This document shows, one piece after another, positions 1 through 12,588 of a stretch of DNA of 64,000 nucleotides. Source of the DNA: Octopus vulgaris (Eukaryota); NCBI GenBank assembly GCA_951406725.2, contig OX597815.1, positions 37,138,001-37,202,000 of the forward strand. Direction: 5' to 3'. The notes under the pieces were generated by a model. It had not been told where the DNA came from. It saw nothing but the letters and a program-made list of their open reading frames with translations, and ran no database searches. The position numbers were made by a program, and so were the translations under genes. The number at the start of each line of letters is the position of its first letter. Positions within the stretch are counted from its first letter, which is position 1.

Positions 1-159
1 TAATATAGAAATACGAGACAAAAGATTGAAATATCTGATTTGTCTGAGATGATTACACTTTAAACAATAACGTAGCCACCGAGGAAACTATAGAATTTAT
101 TGTATAGATACTGGTTGGATTGTCATAGTGATGAATGTACCGGGTAGGAGGGGAAAGTA

Positions 160-781
160 TAGGGTGGCCCAAAAGTAGGTTTACAGTTATTCAACTATCT
201 CTGTCGCATTCATATAATAATAATTTAGAACTTAATTATAAAAAATATGAATCCATTATTCTATGCTAATTTAGTTGATTTTTCCGTCTGTAAGATAGAA
301 ATTTAAATGTAATAAAATGTTTCAAAAGAAATTTAAAGTGCCTAAGTGATAACTGTAAACCTACTTTTGGTCCTTATGGGTTATGGAAGCACTCCGTCGG
401 TTACGACGACGAGGGTTCCGGTTGATCCGAATCAACGGAACAGCCTGCTCGTGAAATTAACGTGTAAGTGGCTGAGCACTCCACAGACACGTGTAACCTT
501 AACGTAGTTCTCGGGGAGATTCAGCGTGACACAGAGAGTGACAAGGCCGGCCCTTTGAAATACAGGTACAACAGAAACAGGAAGTAAGAGAAAGTTGTGG
601 TGAAAGAGTACAGCAGGGTTCACCACCAACCACTGCCGGAGCCTCGTGGAGCTTTAGGTGTTTTCGCTCAATAAACACTCACAACGCCCGGTCTGGGAAT
701 CGAAACCGCGATCCTATGACCGCGAGTCCGCTGCCCTAACCACTGGGCCATTGCGCCTCCACACTTTTGGTCCACCTGCAT
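160..781. mobile_element. Tc1/mariner-type MITE whose right TIR is split by a SINE insertion
   Basis: Left TIR TAGGGTGGCCCAAAAGTAGGTTTACAGTTAT at 160-190. Its reverse complement ATAACTGTAAACCTACTTTTGGTCC lies at 349-373 and resumes as ACTTTTGGTCCACCTG at 763-778 after the SINE. Confidence 0.75.
374..762 (-). mobile_element. tRNA-derived SINE, family A (octopus OK/OR-like), full length
   Basis: Minus-strand head GTGGAGGCGCAATGGCCCAGTGGTTAGGGCAGCGGACTCGCGG...GGTTTCGATTCCC contains Pol III A and B boxes. Tail is CCATAACCCATAA. 11-bp TSD ACTTTTGGTCC at 363-373 and 763-773. Near-identical copy at 44356-44735. Confidence 0.9.
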
Positions 782-1475
782 ATGCAATACTAGCAGTGAA
801 GAGATGGACAGTCTCAAGTTAGAGGTTGTTGTTGCTGCTGAATATTTGATAGAGTTTTTTCATGATTTTTTTCCTATTTTTTATTTTCTTGAGATGAAAG
901 GCTTTCAAGAGCTGGTTTAGTTGTCAGTTTGTCTTGCTGATCTTTTATTGGAAAGCAATGTCACTGAAACATGATACATGTGTGTTCCGTGCTGTCGAGA
1001 GGCGAAACAAAACATTGGCTAGGATATCGGTTTCATATATTGTTTGTTATAGGCAAATTGTTTGTAATAGACATGACATTTGTGTTCAGCATGATGTAGC
1101 ATGGTATAATAATATTTGTGAAGTCACTTCTGTTTATTACATTTTTTTGTTTAAAATTATTTCGGGAAGATGCTCAGATTCTTTTTGTCTCAAAGTAAAC
1201 CAATGCAATTTGATTTTGAGGACTGTTTTATTTAATTACTTCTTTGTGTAGGGAAATAATATGCGGACATTAGTTTGTAGTACCGTCATTGAATATGGGG
1301 AACTTGATATATTCTTCGTTTTATTATTTTTGTTAAACTAAGGTTCTTTAGAGTGTATGTGATTACATGGAAATAATTATGGATATTAGTTTGAGTTTAA
1401 ATATCGGAAATTTTTATTGTTGAAGTATCGTGTACTTTCAAAACATTGGATTACTGAAGTTTAAGAAAAACATAC

Positions 1476-1536
1476 CCTGGAAAATTTTCCTGTCAACTGA
1501 ATCCTGTGATTTATGGTACTGAATTGCAGAAGATAG
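1476..1536 (-). CDS. Candidate 61-nt internal exon of an unidentified host gene
   Basis: Minus strand TTTCTTTACAG|CTATCTTCTG...TTTTCCAGG|GTATGT. Open frames give LSSAIQYHKSQDSVDRKIFQ or YLLQFSTINHRIQLTGKFSR. Support is splice signals only. Confidence 0.3.
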
Positions 1537-1610
1537 CTGTAAAGAAACCATGACTGACTGGTCTGGCTACAATCGTACAAGAAGAAAAAGAAGAAAAAGA
1601 AGGACGACGA

Positions 1611-1664
<54 letters not shown>

Positions 1665-1704
1665 GTATACACACAACTATCATTTATCGTTTACTCGTTG
1701 TTAG

Positions 1705-2050
1705 TTTTATTTATTCGGCTGCGGTCATGCTGGGGCTCCGCCTTCAGGGTTTTAGCCGAACGAATCGATGCTAGTACTTATTTTTGAAAGTCTGGTACTT
1801 ATTCTATGGGTCTCTTTTGCCGAACCGCTGGGTTACGGGGATGTAAACAAACCAAGAACGGTTGTCAAGCGTTGGTTGGGTACAAACACAAACAAAAAGG
1901 AACACGTGCATAGATAAACACACACACACACACACATGTACGACAGGTGTCTTTCATTTTCCATTTACCAAATTCACTCACAAGTCTTTCAAGGTGCCAC
2001 GCAGAGGGACTGAACCCAGAAAAGTGTAGTTGGAAAGCAAGCTTTTTTAC
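1705..2050 (-). mobile_element. SINE family C (tRNA head, CORE-like segment, internal CA microsatellite), diverged
   Basis: Shares TGGTACTTATTCTAT..GTCTCTTTTGCCGAACCGCT..GTTACGGGGA.GTAAACA and CAAGGTGCCACGCAG.GGGACTGAACC with the copy at 11207-11644. Confidence 0.8.
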
Positions 2051-2678
2051 ATGCATATAAAATGACTTCTGGGTCGAGAGTTTCGGTCATAGAACTTTGC
2101 AAGTTTGAAAACAGCCATGCACCAACCTGCCGGTTCTTGAACCGTCTGTAACTTTTGCCGGTTAAAAAGAATAAAATATAACAGTGTCTCTCACATTTTG
2201 TTTTTTGGCGTTCCGGTTTTCTACGGCATCTGCAAACCGGATGTGATACTTTCTCATCTACAGTGACAGAGAGCATGTGCTATGCTTTTTCTACTAGCTC
2301 TTCTGATGAAAGAAAAGGTTGGTTCTCCCCAAGATTCATATACGAAATCGACTGGTAAAATCGGCCGAAATTGCTCAATTATGCTGTATTGCATCTATAT
2401 ATTAATATGCTAATGCAAAATCCGTTACGCTGTCACGTGGTAAGATAAGAAAGAGGCGAAGAGCGAGAGAAAAAGAGGGATAGAAATGGAGTGAAAGATA
2501 GGGGAAAGTAATAGTTATAATATGTTTAAAAAGTTAATTGAAGGGAGAGATATGGAGAAAGAGATTTAAAAATACAATGTTTAGCAGAGGAGTGATGATC
2601 TAGTGGTAGGGTGAAAGAAATATAGAGAGAAAGGAGGGAGGGCAGATATATTTGGAAAGGCAGATAAAGAGAGAGAGG

Positions 2679-2778
2679 NNNNNNNNNNNNNNNNNNNNNN
2701 NNNNNNNNNNNNNNNNNNNNNNNNNNNNNNNNNNNNNNNNNNNNNNNNNNNNNNNNNNNNNNNNNNNNNNNNNNNNNN
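2679..2778. other. Assembly gap (100 N)
   Basis: Run of 100 N. Confidence 1.
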
Positions 2779-3370
2779 CCCATGATATGATCAACTTGGT
2801 TGCGCTTTTGAGCAGGTGGCAGAAAACGTGGCACTCACCGAGCAGAAATCTTCGTGAAGCCAAGTTCATTGAGCAGAATATTTTCATCTCTTTCATGGGA
2901 TATGCTAATAGCATTGGCTGTTTGATTTATTGTTAATCGCCTGTCGACCGTCACCATAGGGTGAACACAATCAATGTTTTGCTTGGTAGTGGCAGCTGCA
3001 GGGCGATCAAACCTTGTGTCCTATTTAAGAATGTCCCCTCCCCACCTGAATTCCCTTCTCACTTCTCACTTTTGAACTGTTGATAAAGCTGGAGTGTCAT
3101 CCCCAAATGTAGCAACCATGTTAGCATGAGTACCCTTGGGGACTAATCCATTTTTTCTGCAGCTATTTGATAATACTATGATGCCAAATTTTGTCGATTT
3201 TCAAGAGAAGTCGCTAATAGTTATTTTTAAAGTCTTCTTTGAACAACCAGATGTTAGCTTACTTGGAAAGAAATAATCCAGTTATTAATAAGAAGTGTTG
3301 AAAGTAATGCGTGCAAGATTTCACAGCTCTAGCGTCAGTTCTTCATAATCAGCCTATGAACTTTTCATAT
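2779..3370 (-). mobile_element. Mariner transposon relic (5' end and HTH region of transposase), cut by the gap
   Basis: Minus translation with stops: ...HANMVATFGDDTPALSTVQK...DRRLTINQTANAISISHER..ILLNELGFTKISAR*VPRFLPPAQKR, a WVPR-type motif. TIR-like TGAAAAGTTCATAGGCT near 3366. Confidence 0.8.
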
Positions 3371-4425
3371 CTACTTAATCAAGTCTGAAGATGAACACAG
3401 ATTACAATAAGAATACCGGAATTTTCTGACGTTCATGTCTTTCCTAAGGATATCAGAGACTAATTGAAATAAAATAGTTGAATTTCTTCATATATGAGAT
3501 GTATGTATGAGACATATATAAGGTAAAGTTCTTTCATATATGAGATGTAGAATTATTGTTGCTTTAACATCTAGTGTCAGACAATAGGTAATACGTTACT
3601 ACGTAAGACATATTAAAGTCAGTGCGCTGACAGACATAAATAACAGATTGTAGCGATAACACTATAAACCAAATGATTAGCGATTCCTGAAATTGCAGCA
3701 AAGCCAATATTCATTGATACTATGTTTATCAGGGAAAAAGGGAAGCGTATACGCTTAATACGCGAAACGTTTTAAAAATAAACATACTTGTGCAGCACTG
3801 CAATAATAATTTGCTTAGTTAAGTGCAAAAGATTCGATGTTGTTCTCTAGAAAACCAAGAAATAGTCAAATACTTATGTAAAGATATTTATGTCGCCTAC
3901 TTTCATTATGGCTTCTTCTTGGTATATTATATATACCAATTGGTATATGAGACTCTCCAGCGCATTACTATGCAGCAGATTCAATAAAACAGTTCAGACT
4001 GAGTTAACTCACACATATTATTTTTAAAACAGTGAAACCTGTAATGACTTTTCGAAATATTCTATTTGGACTTTATTTGGCATAATGAAATATATTTTTA
4101 TGCATAAATATAAACAGAAATTCTTAGAAAACGAAACACTTAAATAAACAAGGAAGCACTATCATTTATTCGAAATGCTCAGAGCCATATGTGTAGAAGA
4201 AACTACTTCCACTGTTATTTGCTGTCCAAAATTATCTATAAGATACTATTTTCATTTGAATCAGAATGTAGCAAGAGCAGACATGGAATGGAAATGGTAT
4301 ACAGATTGAGAACTTACATTAAAAGTAAGACTAGAATATACATGGAAAAACATTTAATGTAAAAATATGATGTTATAATATTCTGACATTACTGGTAGAC
4401 AATATGTATATTAGACTACCAGAAT

Positions 4426-4769
4426 GAGGAGGAGACCCTCTTCGGTCATGAATAACCATGGGATTGCACCTATAAAGTCACCCTCCCAAGTACAAGTCCG
4501 GGCAAGGCTGTTTATGGAAGACCAGCAGTTGCCCATGTATACAAGCCTCTCCTCTCCACACCACTGATGTTATCCAAGGGAAAGACAAAGGCCGATACAG
4601 CTTGGTACCAGTGATGTTGTAACTCATTTCTACAGCTGAGTTAACTGGAGCAACGCGAAATAAAGTGTCTTGCTCAACAACACAACACGCAGCCCGGTCC
4701 GAGAATCGAACTCACAACCTCACGATCGTAAGCTCGACACTCTAACCACTGAGCAATGCGCCTTCACAA
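4426..4769 (-). mobile_element. tRNA-derived CORE-like SINE, family B (octopus OR-like), full length
   Basis: Head GTGAAGGCGCATTGCTCAGTGGTTAGAG...GAGTTCGATTC (A/B boxes) and CORE-like TTGAGCAAGACACTTTA. TSD ACTAC(C/T)AGAAT at 4415-4425 and 4770-4780. Second copy at 30216-30553. Confidence 0.88.
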
Positions 4770-5480
4770 ACTACTAGAATACGTAGCAGCAAATAGAGGC
4801 ATTTGACAAAGGAAGGTACATGGTTCGAGCTTTGTCCTTTTACATAGAGGAGCCTATCATATTCACAACTGAAAATGCTAAACAAATAAAAGTGTAAAAG
4901 AATAAAATTTTGCCGTAAAGCCTTAATCTGCAAAGAATGGCGTAAATAAAGGCAACAATAGTTCTACAGACTGCTTGTACAATTGTTGTAACACCTAGTC
5001 AAAGCAGCCTGTCGACCAAAGGATCGATTATTCTTTCAGAATTGTGCTCTACTTTTGTCAGGACACTAAATCCTATTGGTTCAGTTTACCTGTCTGTTGT
5101 TATGTCCTGTTAGGATGCATAATTTCTAACTAATTAATTGTTAATTAATCACCAAATAATTGACAATTATTTATTTCAGTGGTGGGTAGCTATGGGTATG
5201 TTATCTTCGACATGACAGACAATAAAGCATTGTTTTCGGAAAAACACGTCAAATATTATTGATGATAGCACAGGACTTTACTTTATTTTATTTGGAAATT
5301 GTCAGTCATTAATGGATATAAAACGACACTTTCTCAAAACTGACTTTTCGAAAATTCTACAGTCGGTTGTTTGAAAAATAGCTAAAATCAGTAGCAGAAG
5401 TAAACACTGGGTACTGACCTCTTTCACGACTTGTGGTGTATTTACAGTTTATTGAAATATTTATCTTGTACTTGTTTCGT

Positions 5481-5749
5481 ATTTCTTTATTGCTCACAAG
5501 GGGCTAAACATAGAGGGGACAAATAAGGACAGACAAATGGATTAAGTCGATTACATCGACCCCAATGCGTAACTGGTACTTAATTTATCGACTCCGAAAG
5601 GATGAAAGGCAAAGTCAACCTCGGCGGAATTTGAACTCAGAACGTAACGGCAGACGAAATACCTATTTCTTTACTACCCACAAGGGGCTACACACAGAGG
5701 GGACAAACAAGGACAGACAAACGAATTAAGTCGATTACATCAACCCCAG
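5481..5749 (-). mobile_element. Partial tandem (period about 184 bp) of a Meta-domain-like SINE repeat, inserted into the 3' end of a family C SINE
   Basis: ATTTCTTTA...CACAAGGGGCTA..GAGGGGACAAA.AAGGACAGACAAA..GATTACATC.ACCCCA starts at both 5481 and 5665. Contains GGTACTTAATTTATCGACTCCGAAAGGATGAAAGGCAAAGTCAACCTCGG. The host SINE tail TACTTGTTTC/GTCATT is split around it. Confidence 0.65.
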
Positions 5750-5755
5750 CTCGCC

Positions 5756-5986
5756 GGTCATTGGACTGTGGCCTTGCTAGGACACAGCATTGAAGGCTGT
5801 TAATCCAGTAAATTTATCCCAGTACTTATGATGTTTCAAGTCTTCTAATTCTTATATCAGTGCCTTTTGCTGAACTGCTATATTATGGGGATGTAGACAA
5901 ACCAACATCAGTTTTCAAACGGTGTGAGTGACAAACACAGAAACAAAGACACGCACACACACTCTTTCTCTCTCTTGCACGCACGC

Positions 5987-6023
<37 letters not shown>
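5756..6023 (-). mobile_element. SINE family C, 3' half
   Basis: GTCATTGGACTGTGGCC...CCTTTTGCTGAACTGCTA...GGGGATGTAGACAAACCAACATC followed by (CA)n, matching family C. Confidence 0.7.
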
Positions 6024-6024
<1 letters not shown>

Positions 6025-6876
6025 CTGGTTCCACACATAAGTTTAAGGTGCTTTGTTATGGAGTGGTGTTTTGGAGGAAATTTTGTTGATTATATTTGGG
6101 TATACGTTATTATTTAGAATTTATTCATGTATGTAGACATTTGTAAGTAAGCGTGCATATTCAGGTGTTTACCTTTTATTACGTAGGCACAGCATGTGTT
6201 AGTAGTTTTAATTAGTTTTAGTTTTATTGGATTTAATCCTTTGCATACATGCACAGGCCTAGAATAGTATATTGTAAAATACTGACGTTTAAAAGAGAAA
6301 TGAAGAAATATCTATAAACACATAACCCACCAAAACTCTATCTCTATAAAGCACAAGAGTCGAAATCTTTATAGATAATCAAATTGCTTATAGAACAATG
6401 AACTCCTACAAAGAAACATACAAACCAACTTTTATAACCCTAACCCTAACCCTTTCGTGAACAAGATAAACAATTTTCTATTCTCACAACACCTGGAATG
6501 CCTGACTAATAACAACTAGTAATGGAACTGACCAGCTATAACACTACCTACTTCTGTTATGAACCACTAAAAATTTCCATTACAAAACAAAGTTGACACA
6601 CCCAGTTATTCAGGTTTTGAACACTGAACTTTGTAATGTTGGTCTTCACACTGTCAAAGTAAAGCATTAAATCCAATAAAACTAAAAATAGTTAAAACTA
6701 CCAACACATACTGTGCCTACCTAACAAAAGGTAAACACCTAAATTTGCATACTTACTTACAAAGTTCTACATACATGAATAAATTCTAAACAGTAACGTA
6801 TACCCAAACTTAATCGACAAAAATTTCTCCAACCACGCCATATCAACTAACCTTAAAACCTATGTGTGGAACCAGT
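6024..6876. repeat. Fold-back insert: about 220-bp diverged inverted arms around a 415-bp spacer (PLE-like architecture)
   Basis: 6024-6244 is the imperfect reverse complement of 6659-6876, e.g. TTTAGAATTTATTCATGTATGTAGA / TCTACATACATGAATAAATTCTAAA. Flanked by (CA)n and (GT)n. Confidence 0.85.
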
Positions 6877-6891
6877 CGTGTGTATGTGTGC

Positions 6892-6933
<42 letters not shown>

Positions 6934-8905
6934 GAGACAGAGAGAAAGATAGAAAGAAAGGGAGAGAGAGGGAGTGTGCGTTAGTCTTTGTTTCTGTGTT
7001 TGTCACACCGCTTGAAAACTGGTGTTCGTTTGTCTACATCCCCACAACTTGGTATTTCGGCAAAAGGCACCGATAGAAGAATTAGAAGACTTGAAAAATC
7101 ATAAGTACTGGGATCAATTTATTGAACTAACAACCTTCAATACTGTGTCATTATAAAGGATGTATATATATACTCATGAATGAAAATGAGAATAAAAATA
7201 AAATTTAATTAAAAGGTTTTTCAACTCAGTTGCATACAAATATAAATATATATAATTATGTGTGTATATGTAGGTTTGTGTGCTTAAATTGGAAAGTCTT
7301 TTATGGGGATTTTGGTTGGAGACAGGGAAACTTTTAGATAATTTCTAGAGTACTTGCTTAGTGTAAAGCTGTAAATGTGTTTTTCATGTATATTACGGAA
7401 ATACTTTATGTCGTGGGTGGAGAGAGGGGAGTTGCTGTGATACTAACATGTTTAGCCGTTAGAGAATTTATTGGTTTGAAGTGTTTTAATATTTTAAATC
7501 TTTTTTAGTTCAGAATTTCGGCTCAGAATTTGATCCATAGCACCCCACCCCAGAACCAAATTGCTACTCCACTCAAACCCATGCACCCATTTAAAGCATT
7601 GCGGTTCAACGACGGCTTAACTCGCCGAAACGTCGAAAGTACTGTTTAAAAATCACAAATGTGTACCCTACAAAAGTATAGAGAAAGCCATAAGATAAAT
7701 GTAAAATTGGCTTTATTATAATTGAACATAAAAACAAAATTAATATGCACATACATACATGCAGACACACCCACACACACACACACTCACACACATGATC
7801 TTATTTGCAACGGGAGGGTGAGATTCAATTGTGAGTATCTGTTTTTAAGTCCCGATATGGCCCTAATCTAGCTAATCTATGGTTATAGGCCTTCTAACCA
7901 TGAAACCGTAACTATTCCATCTTTTCTTCTTGCCTAATATATATTCAGGTCTACTTAATCCAATGTGTAGTTCATGTTTAAGTGTAAACAGAATACTGTT
8001 TAAGGGAGACTTGACTGCTGTTTTGTTTTAAACAAGATGTGATGGCATATAATGATGTAACTTCTTGTTGCAGGATTCTGTTTATTTGAACCGGGTATTT
8101 ATTTTATTGATTAGTGGTAGGAGCTGCGTGGCAATCTCGTTTTAATAGACACTGAAGTAGTATGTAATGTTTATTGTTCAAAAATAAAACATAAAAATAA
8201 AACGAAATTTCACTTAAGAAAAAAGTAACACATTTTCGTTGATGATAAAGTCTGTTTAAATAATACTAGTACTTGACTGACGTTAATATTAAAGTTCCGA
8301 GAAGAATAACTGCAATAGTTGAACCGCGTGAATCCAGAATTGAAAGTGATGTAGATAGAAGTTGAATTATGTATTTGACATTCACTACTCATGACAAAAG
8401 CGTTAATATATCTAAGAAACTCAGCTTGAAAAAGTAAACGGAAATAAAATTGTGACTCTGTTTTTACAATTGTAATTCAAATAATTATACGAGAAAATTA
8501 AAAAATAGAAATGCTTTTGAAAATTTATTCAAAATTGGAAATTTACTTTTAGCTGGAAAAACATTTCCTATCTCGATTTTTAATAAAAGAAATCTTTTAA
8601 ATACATATGTCTTCAGAAAATCAATGTTTATGCAAATAATAAAATATAGTAAAAATTTCTAAGAGTAGACGACACATGTTTTTTGAAGTGAAACAACGGA
8701 ACCTGAATTTTTTTAATATATGATACTTTGTATATGAATGTGCTTGGAAAAAATCGTCTTTTTTTCATGAAAGGATTTGAGCAGAATACTATGAATGAGA
8801 GATTATGGAAATATATTGAAATGAACACACCAACAATCACACACACATATTTAAATACAGGCTTACAGACATAAAAATACATACATGCACGTGCCGTGCT
8901 TGCAC

Positions 8906-9470
8906 ATACGAGCGGAAACATTCTCTGTGGAACAAGCCCTTTGTAGTTCAGGCTTCCGCCGCTAGAAGCCACTTGATGCGACCTTCAGGCATCACTATGC
9001 TGACCAGAGACGTCGAATGTAGTTCTATTGCCACGTGGTGCGTCTTTGTTTTGTAGTGCTTCTCTCCTCTTCATCGATTTTTTCGATGGCTGAAACGAAG
9101 GAACAGCGTACTTCCGTAAAATTCGGTTTCTGCTGGGGAAAAACGGCGGTCGAAACAGTTGTCATGTTTCAAAGAGCTTACAAGGATGATGCCATTAGCA
9201 AAACACAAATTTACGAGTAGTTTTCACCCTTTAAGAATGGTCACCTGTCGCGTGAAGACCAACCTCGTTTAGGACGACCGTCGACCTCCCGAACAAATGA
9301 AAACTCATGAACTGATCTTGGAGGTCCGTCACTGAACAATTGACGAACTTGTTGATATGACTGCTGTGTCCTGGAACACCTGCCAACGAATTTTGAGCGA
9401 GGAATTGCGAATGAAAACAGTTGCAGCAAAATTTGTGCCTCGTTTGCTCACAGAAGATCAAAAGCAGTCA
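8906..9470 (+). mobile_element. Mariner transposase N-terminal relic (HTH region)
   Basis: From ATG 9086: MAETKEQRTSVKFGFCWGKTAVETVVMFQRAYKDDAISKTQIYE*F..FKNG..SREDQPRLGRPSTS...TIDEL...CQRILSEELRMKTVAAKFVPRLLTEDQKQ. Confidence 0.88.
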
Positions 9471-9489
9471 GAATCGTTGGAACCAGCAG

Positions 9490-9658
9490 ACGAGATGCTT
9501 AGCGGTATTTCATGCGTCGCTACGTTCTGAGTTTAAATTCTGCTGAGGTCGACTTTGGCTTTCAACCTTTCGAGTACCAAAAATTAAGTACTAGTATAAC
9601 ACTGGGGTCGATGAAATCGACTAGTCCTCTCCTTCCAAATTTCAGTCCTAGTAGAAAA

Positions 9659-9660
<2 letters not shown>
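9490..9660 (+). mobile_element. Meta-domain-like SINE fragment; further diverged copies at about 31960-32130(-), 33180-33270(-), 33648-33770(+), 48345-48560(-)
   Basis: CGTTCTGAGTTTAAATTCTGCTGAGGTCGACTTTGGCTTTCAACCTTTCGAG is the reverse complement of the motif in 5570-5650. Confidence 0.6.
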
Positions 9661-9701
<41 letters not shown>

Positions 9702-10098
9702 GAGTGAGAGAGCAGTGCATTTCCATCAAAGTGACACAGTGGCAAAATATACGAAGCCCAGTATACCCATATGACTACCCGTCTGATAAGGGTACACTAG
9801 GCACATGCATCACAACCATATGTGCGCGACATGGTGATCTCATATCAAGATAAAAAGCACATTTCCTTGCAGGTGGGGCCCAGTTAGAATTTTCTTCTGG
9901 TTGAGTAACCCATCTCGCTCAAAAGGTCCCTGAATAAAGGTTGTTTAAGGATATTGAACGAAACACACATGTTTCCAATGGTGAATTATTCAAACCCCAA
10001 ACAATCCCTCTCAACACATGGCTATGATGCTCTCCTACTACTTCTGCTAGTGATCAGAGATGCACATATCGTCAGCCACTAAGGGACATGCTCAACTG

Positions 10099-10100
<2 letters not shown>
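9661..10100 (-). mobile_element. Non-coding retroelement 3' end or 3'UTR terminating in an (AAT)n tail
   Basis: About 400 bp of higher-GC sequence ending on the minus strand in GCACTGCTCTCTCACTC-(AAT)n (9661-9701). Sits back-to-back with the (TAA)n tract at 10101-10148. Family not verified. Confidence 0.5.
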
Positions 10101-10148
<48 letters not shown>

Positions 10149-10314
10149 GGTAGGAATGTTATAGAAGAGTTCGAGCAGTCGTGAAGTCTGAGCTGGATGC
10201 ATATAATAAGGTGTTAGCCATAAATTCCTTAGCAGTCCCTGTTGTTCTTTATAGCTTCAATGTGCTTAACTGGATAGTGGGTGAACAATCCAACGCTTTG
10301 CGAATTCTGCTTCG

Positions 10315-10352
<38 letters not shown>

Positions 10353-11415
10353 GACGTCGCTGCGAACGCTTGGCCGCCACAAGCCAGTTATCCCAGTGAA
10401 ATAATGAAAATTGATAGAAAAATCCGCAAGCGCTACTGACTTGTAATAAGATGCTCCATGCAAAGGCGGACGTGGATCGTCTTTACCTTTCCAGAGCTCA
10501 GGGAGGTCGAGGCTTGATCTAGCTTGAACTTACGTACAAAACCAACACAATCCGACTGGCCAAATACCTTGAAACAACCAACGATTGGATGCTAAAACTT
10601 GTTGGAAAACATGAAAGATCGAAAAAACTTCACTCTTTTCTGAAAGAGAGCAAAAATTCGCTACTGATCTCTTAGATACCTACCAGATTGATCAGGTTGA
10701 AGGATATGCGCCAACTGTGGCTGCAAAGAAAATAAAATCAATTGCAAAGAGAAAAGCGCATGAAAAATTAGCTAGGAGATGGGAGCAGGAACCTCTGCAT
10801 GGCAAGTATGTGGCCCGTAGCAAAAAAGCTGATGTTGACCAGAAACACACACAGCAATGGTTACGAAGCTCAGGACTAAAAGCTGAGAGTGAAGGTTTCA
10901 TATTAGCTGCTCAATACCAAAGCTTATTAACCCGGAACTACCAAGTCAATGTGATAAAAAATGGAGCTGTCTCAAAATGCCGATTCTGTAACGATGAGAT
11001 TGAAACTATAGACCACCTAATCTCAGGGTGTAGAGTCTTACTACTTGTAGAATATAAAGCAAGACATGACAGAGTCGGCCAGTATTAATACCGGACAATA
11101 TGTCGGCATTATAAAATCGAAACCGCTGACAAATGGTATAAATACCATCTTGAAGCTGTGACTGAGAAGAAAATGTGTCGATTCTCTGGGACTTCCCAGT
11201 ACATACTCTCTTTACTCTTTAACTTGTTTCAGTCATTTGACTGTGGCCATGCTGGAGCACCGCCTTTAGTCGAGCAAATCGACCCCAGGGCTTTGTAAGC
11301 CTAGTACTTATTCTATCGGTCTCTTTTGCCGAACCGCTCAGTTACAGCAACGTGAAAACACTAGCATCGGTTGTCAAGCGATGTTGGGGGGGGGGGGGCA
11401 AACATAGACGCACAA

Positions 11416-11466
<51 letters not shown>

Positions 11467-11745
11467 TAAATATATATATGCGACGAGCTTCTTTCAATTT
11501 CCGTCTACCAAATCCACTCACAAGTCTTTGGTCGACCCGAGGCCATAGTAGAAGACACTTGTCCAAGGTGCCACGCAGTGGGACTGAACCTGAGATCATG
11601 TAGTTGGTAAACAAGCTACTTACCACACAGCGACTCCTACGCCTATACCGACAAAACTATAAAAGCCTATAAACCGGATATTATTATAAAAGATCAGACA
11701 AAATAAGGTGTGTGTATTAATTGACATGAGTATTCCTTGCATTCG
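10149..11745 (+). mobile_element. R4/Dong-clade non-LTR retrotransposon relic (late RT/thumb, CCHC knuckle, restriction-like endonuclease), interrupted by a SINE
   Basis: NKVLAINSLAVPVVLYSF; DRLYLSRAQGGRGL; LHGKY; WLRSSGLKAESEGFILAAQ; CRFCNDEIETIDHLISGC; YKARHDRV; LWDFPVH[SINE]TDKTIKAYKPDIIIKD...LIDMSIP. Frameshifts and stops. Begins directly after (TAA)16. Confidence 0.92.
11207..11644 (-). mobile_element. SINE family C, full length, inserted in the LINE endonuclease domain
   Basis: Head GGCGTAGGAGTCGCTGTGTGGTAAG...GGTTCAGTCCC, CORE-like CCTTGGACAAGTGTCTT, internal (GT)n, purine-rich tail. ATAC is duplicated at 11203-11206 and 11645-11648, and the LINE frame resumes across the insertion. 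Confidence 0.9.
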
Positions 11746-11997
11746 GTGTAACGAAGATGAACGATGTCTACTTTGAAGATATCATTTCCATGTGATTAGG
11801 TATCTGTTTAGCGGTACAAATTGAACTGATGCAATGTAACACAAGGCATGATGATAAACAAAATACAACACCTGAGGATATTTGAATTTATAAATACTAT
11901 TTACACTGAGCTGTTTTACCTCAACATAAAACACAAACACTAACACACAGACAGACAGACAGCCACATACACACACACATACACACACACACACACA

Positions 11998-12053
<56 letters not shown>

Positions 12054-12510
12054 ACTGTAAATACTTATTTACTGCATTATGTCAACCAAAAATCCTGTTG
12101 GCAAATTAAAGATGCTGTATAATTAAACTGACAGACTATAGTTAATTTCTTATCTGGTCGTTTAATGATATATTACTTCAGATCACCTGTTGCATCATGA
12201 GTAAGTATCAGATCTAGTAGTGATAAGCTAATTTCTAATGATATCCAACTCATTTTGTGAAACAGATTTCTGGAAATATTTGTAAGACTACATTTTTATA
12301 TAGGGGCAAGGCATAGCTGTGTAGTTAAGAAACTCACGTAGCAGCCACATATTTTTAGGTACAGCCTAATTGCGCTATTACCTCTACTTTAGTCCCTGGA
12401 TAACCAACGCCCTGTGAATGAATTTGATAGAAACTATGGAATCCAGTCATATACATATTATATATGATTTATATATATTATATATGTATATTATATATCA
12501 TTTATATTAC

Positions 12511-12580
<70 letters not shown>

Positions 12581-12588
<8 letters not shown>

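Noticed and set aside
690-762. tRNA-like sequence (also near 4700-4767, 30216-30290, 44358-44420)
   Set aside because: These are SINE heads followed by SINE bodies, with TSDs in most cases and no complete acceptor stem, so they are not tRNA genes.
6435-6453. (TAACCC)3 as an interstitial telomere
   Set aside because: Only three units, located inside a repeat insert. Too short to call telomeric.
7604-7636. TTCAACGACGGC-TTAACTC-GCCGAAACGTCGAA hammerhead-like motif
   Set aside because: Stem II and GAAACGTC fit, but the CUGA box is missing. At most a dead relic, so it was not counted.
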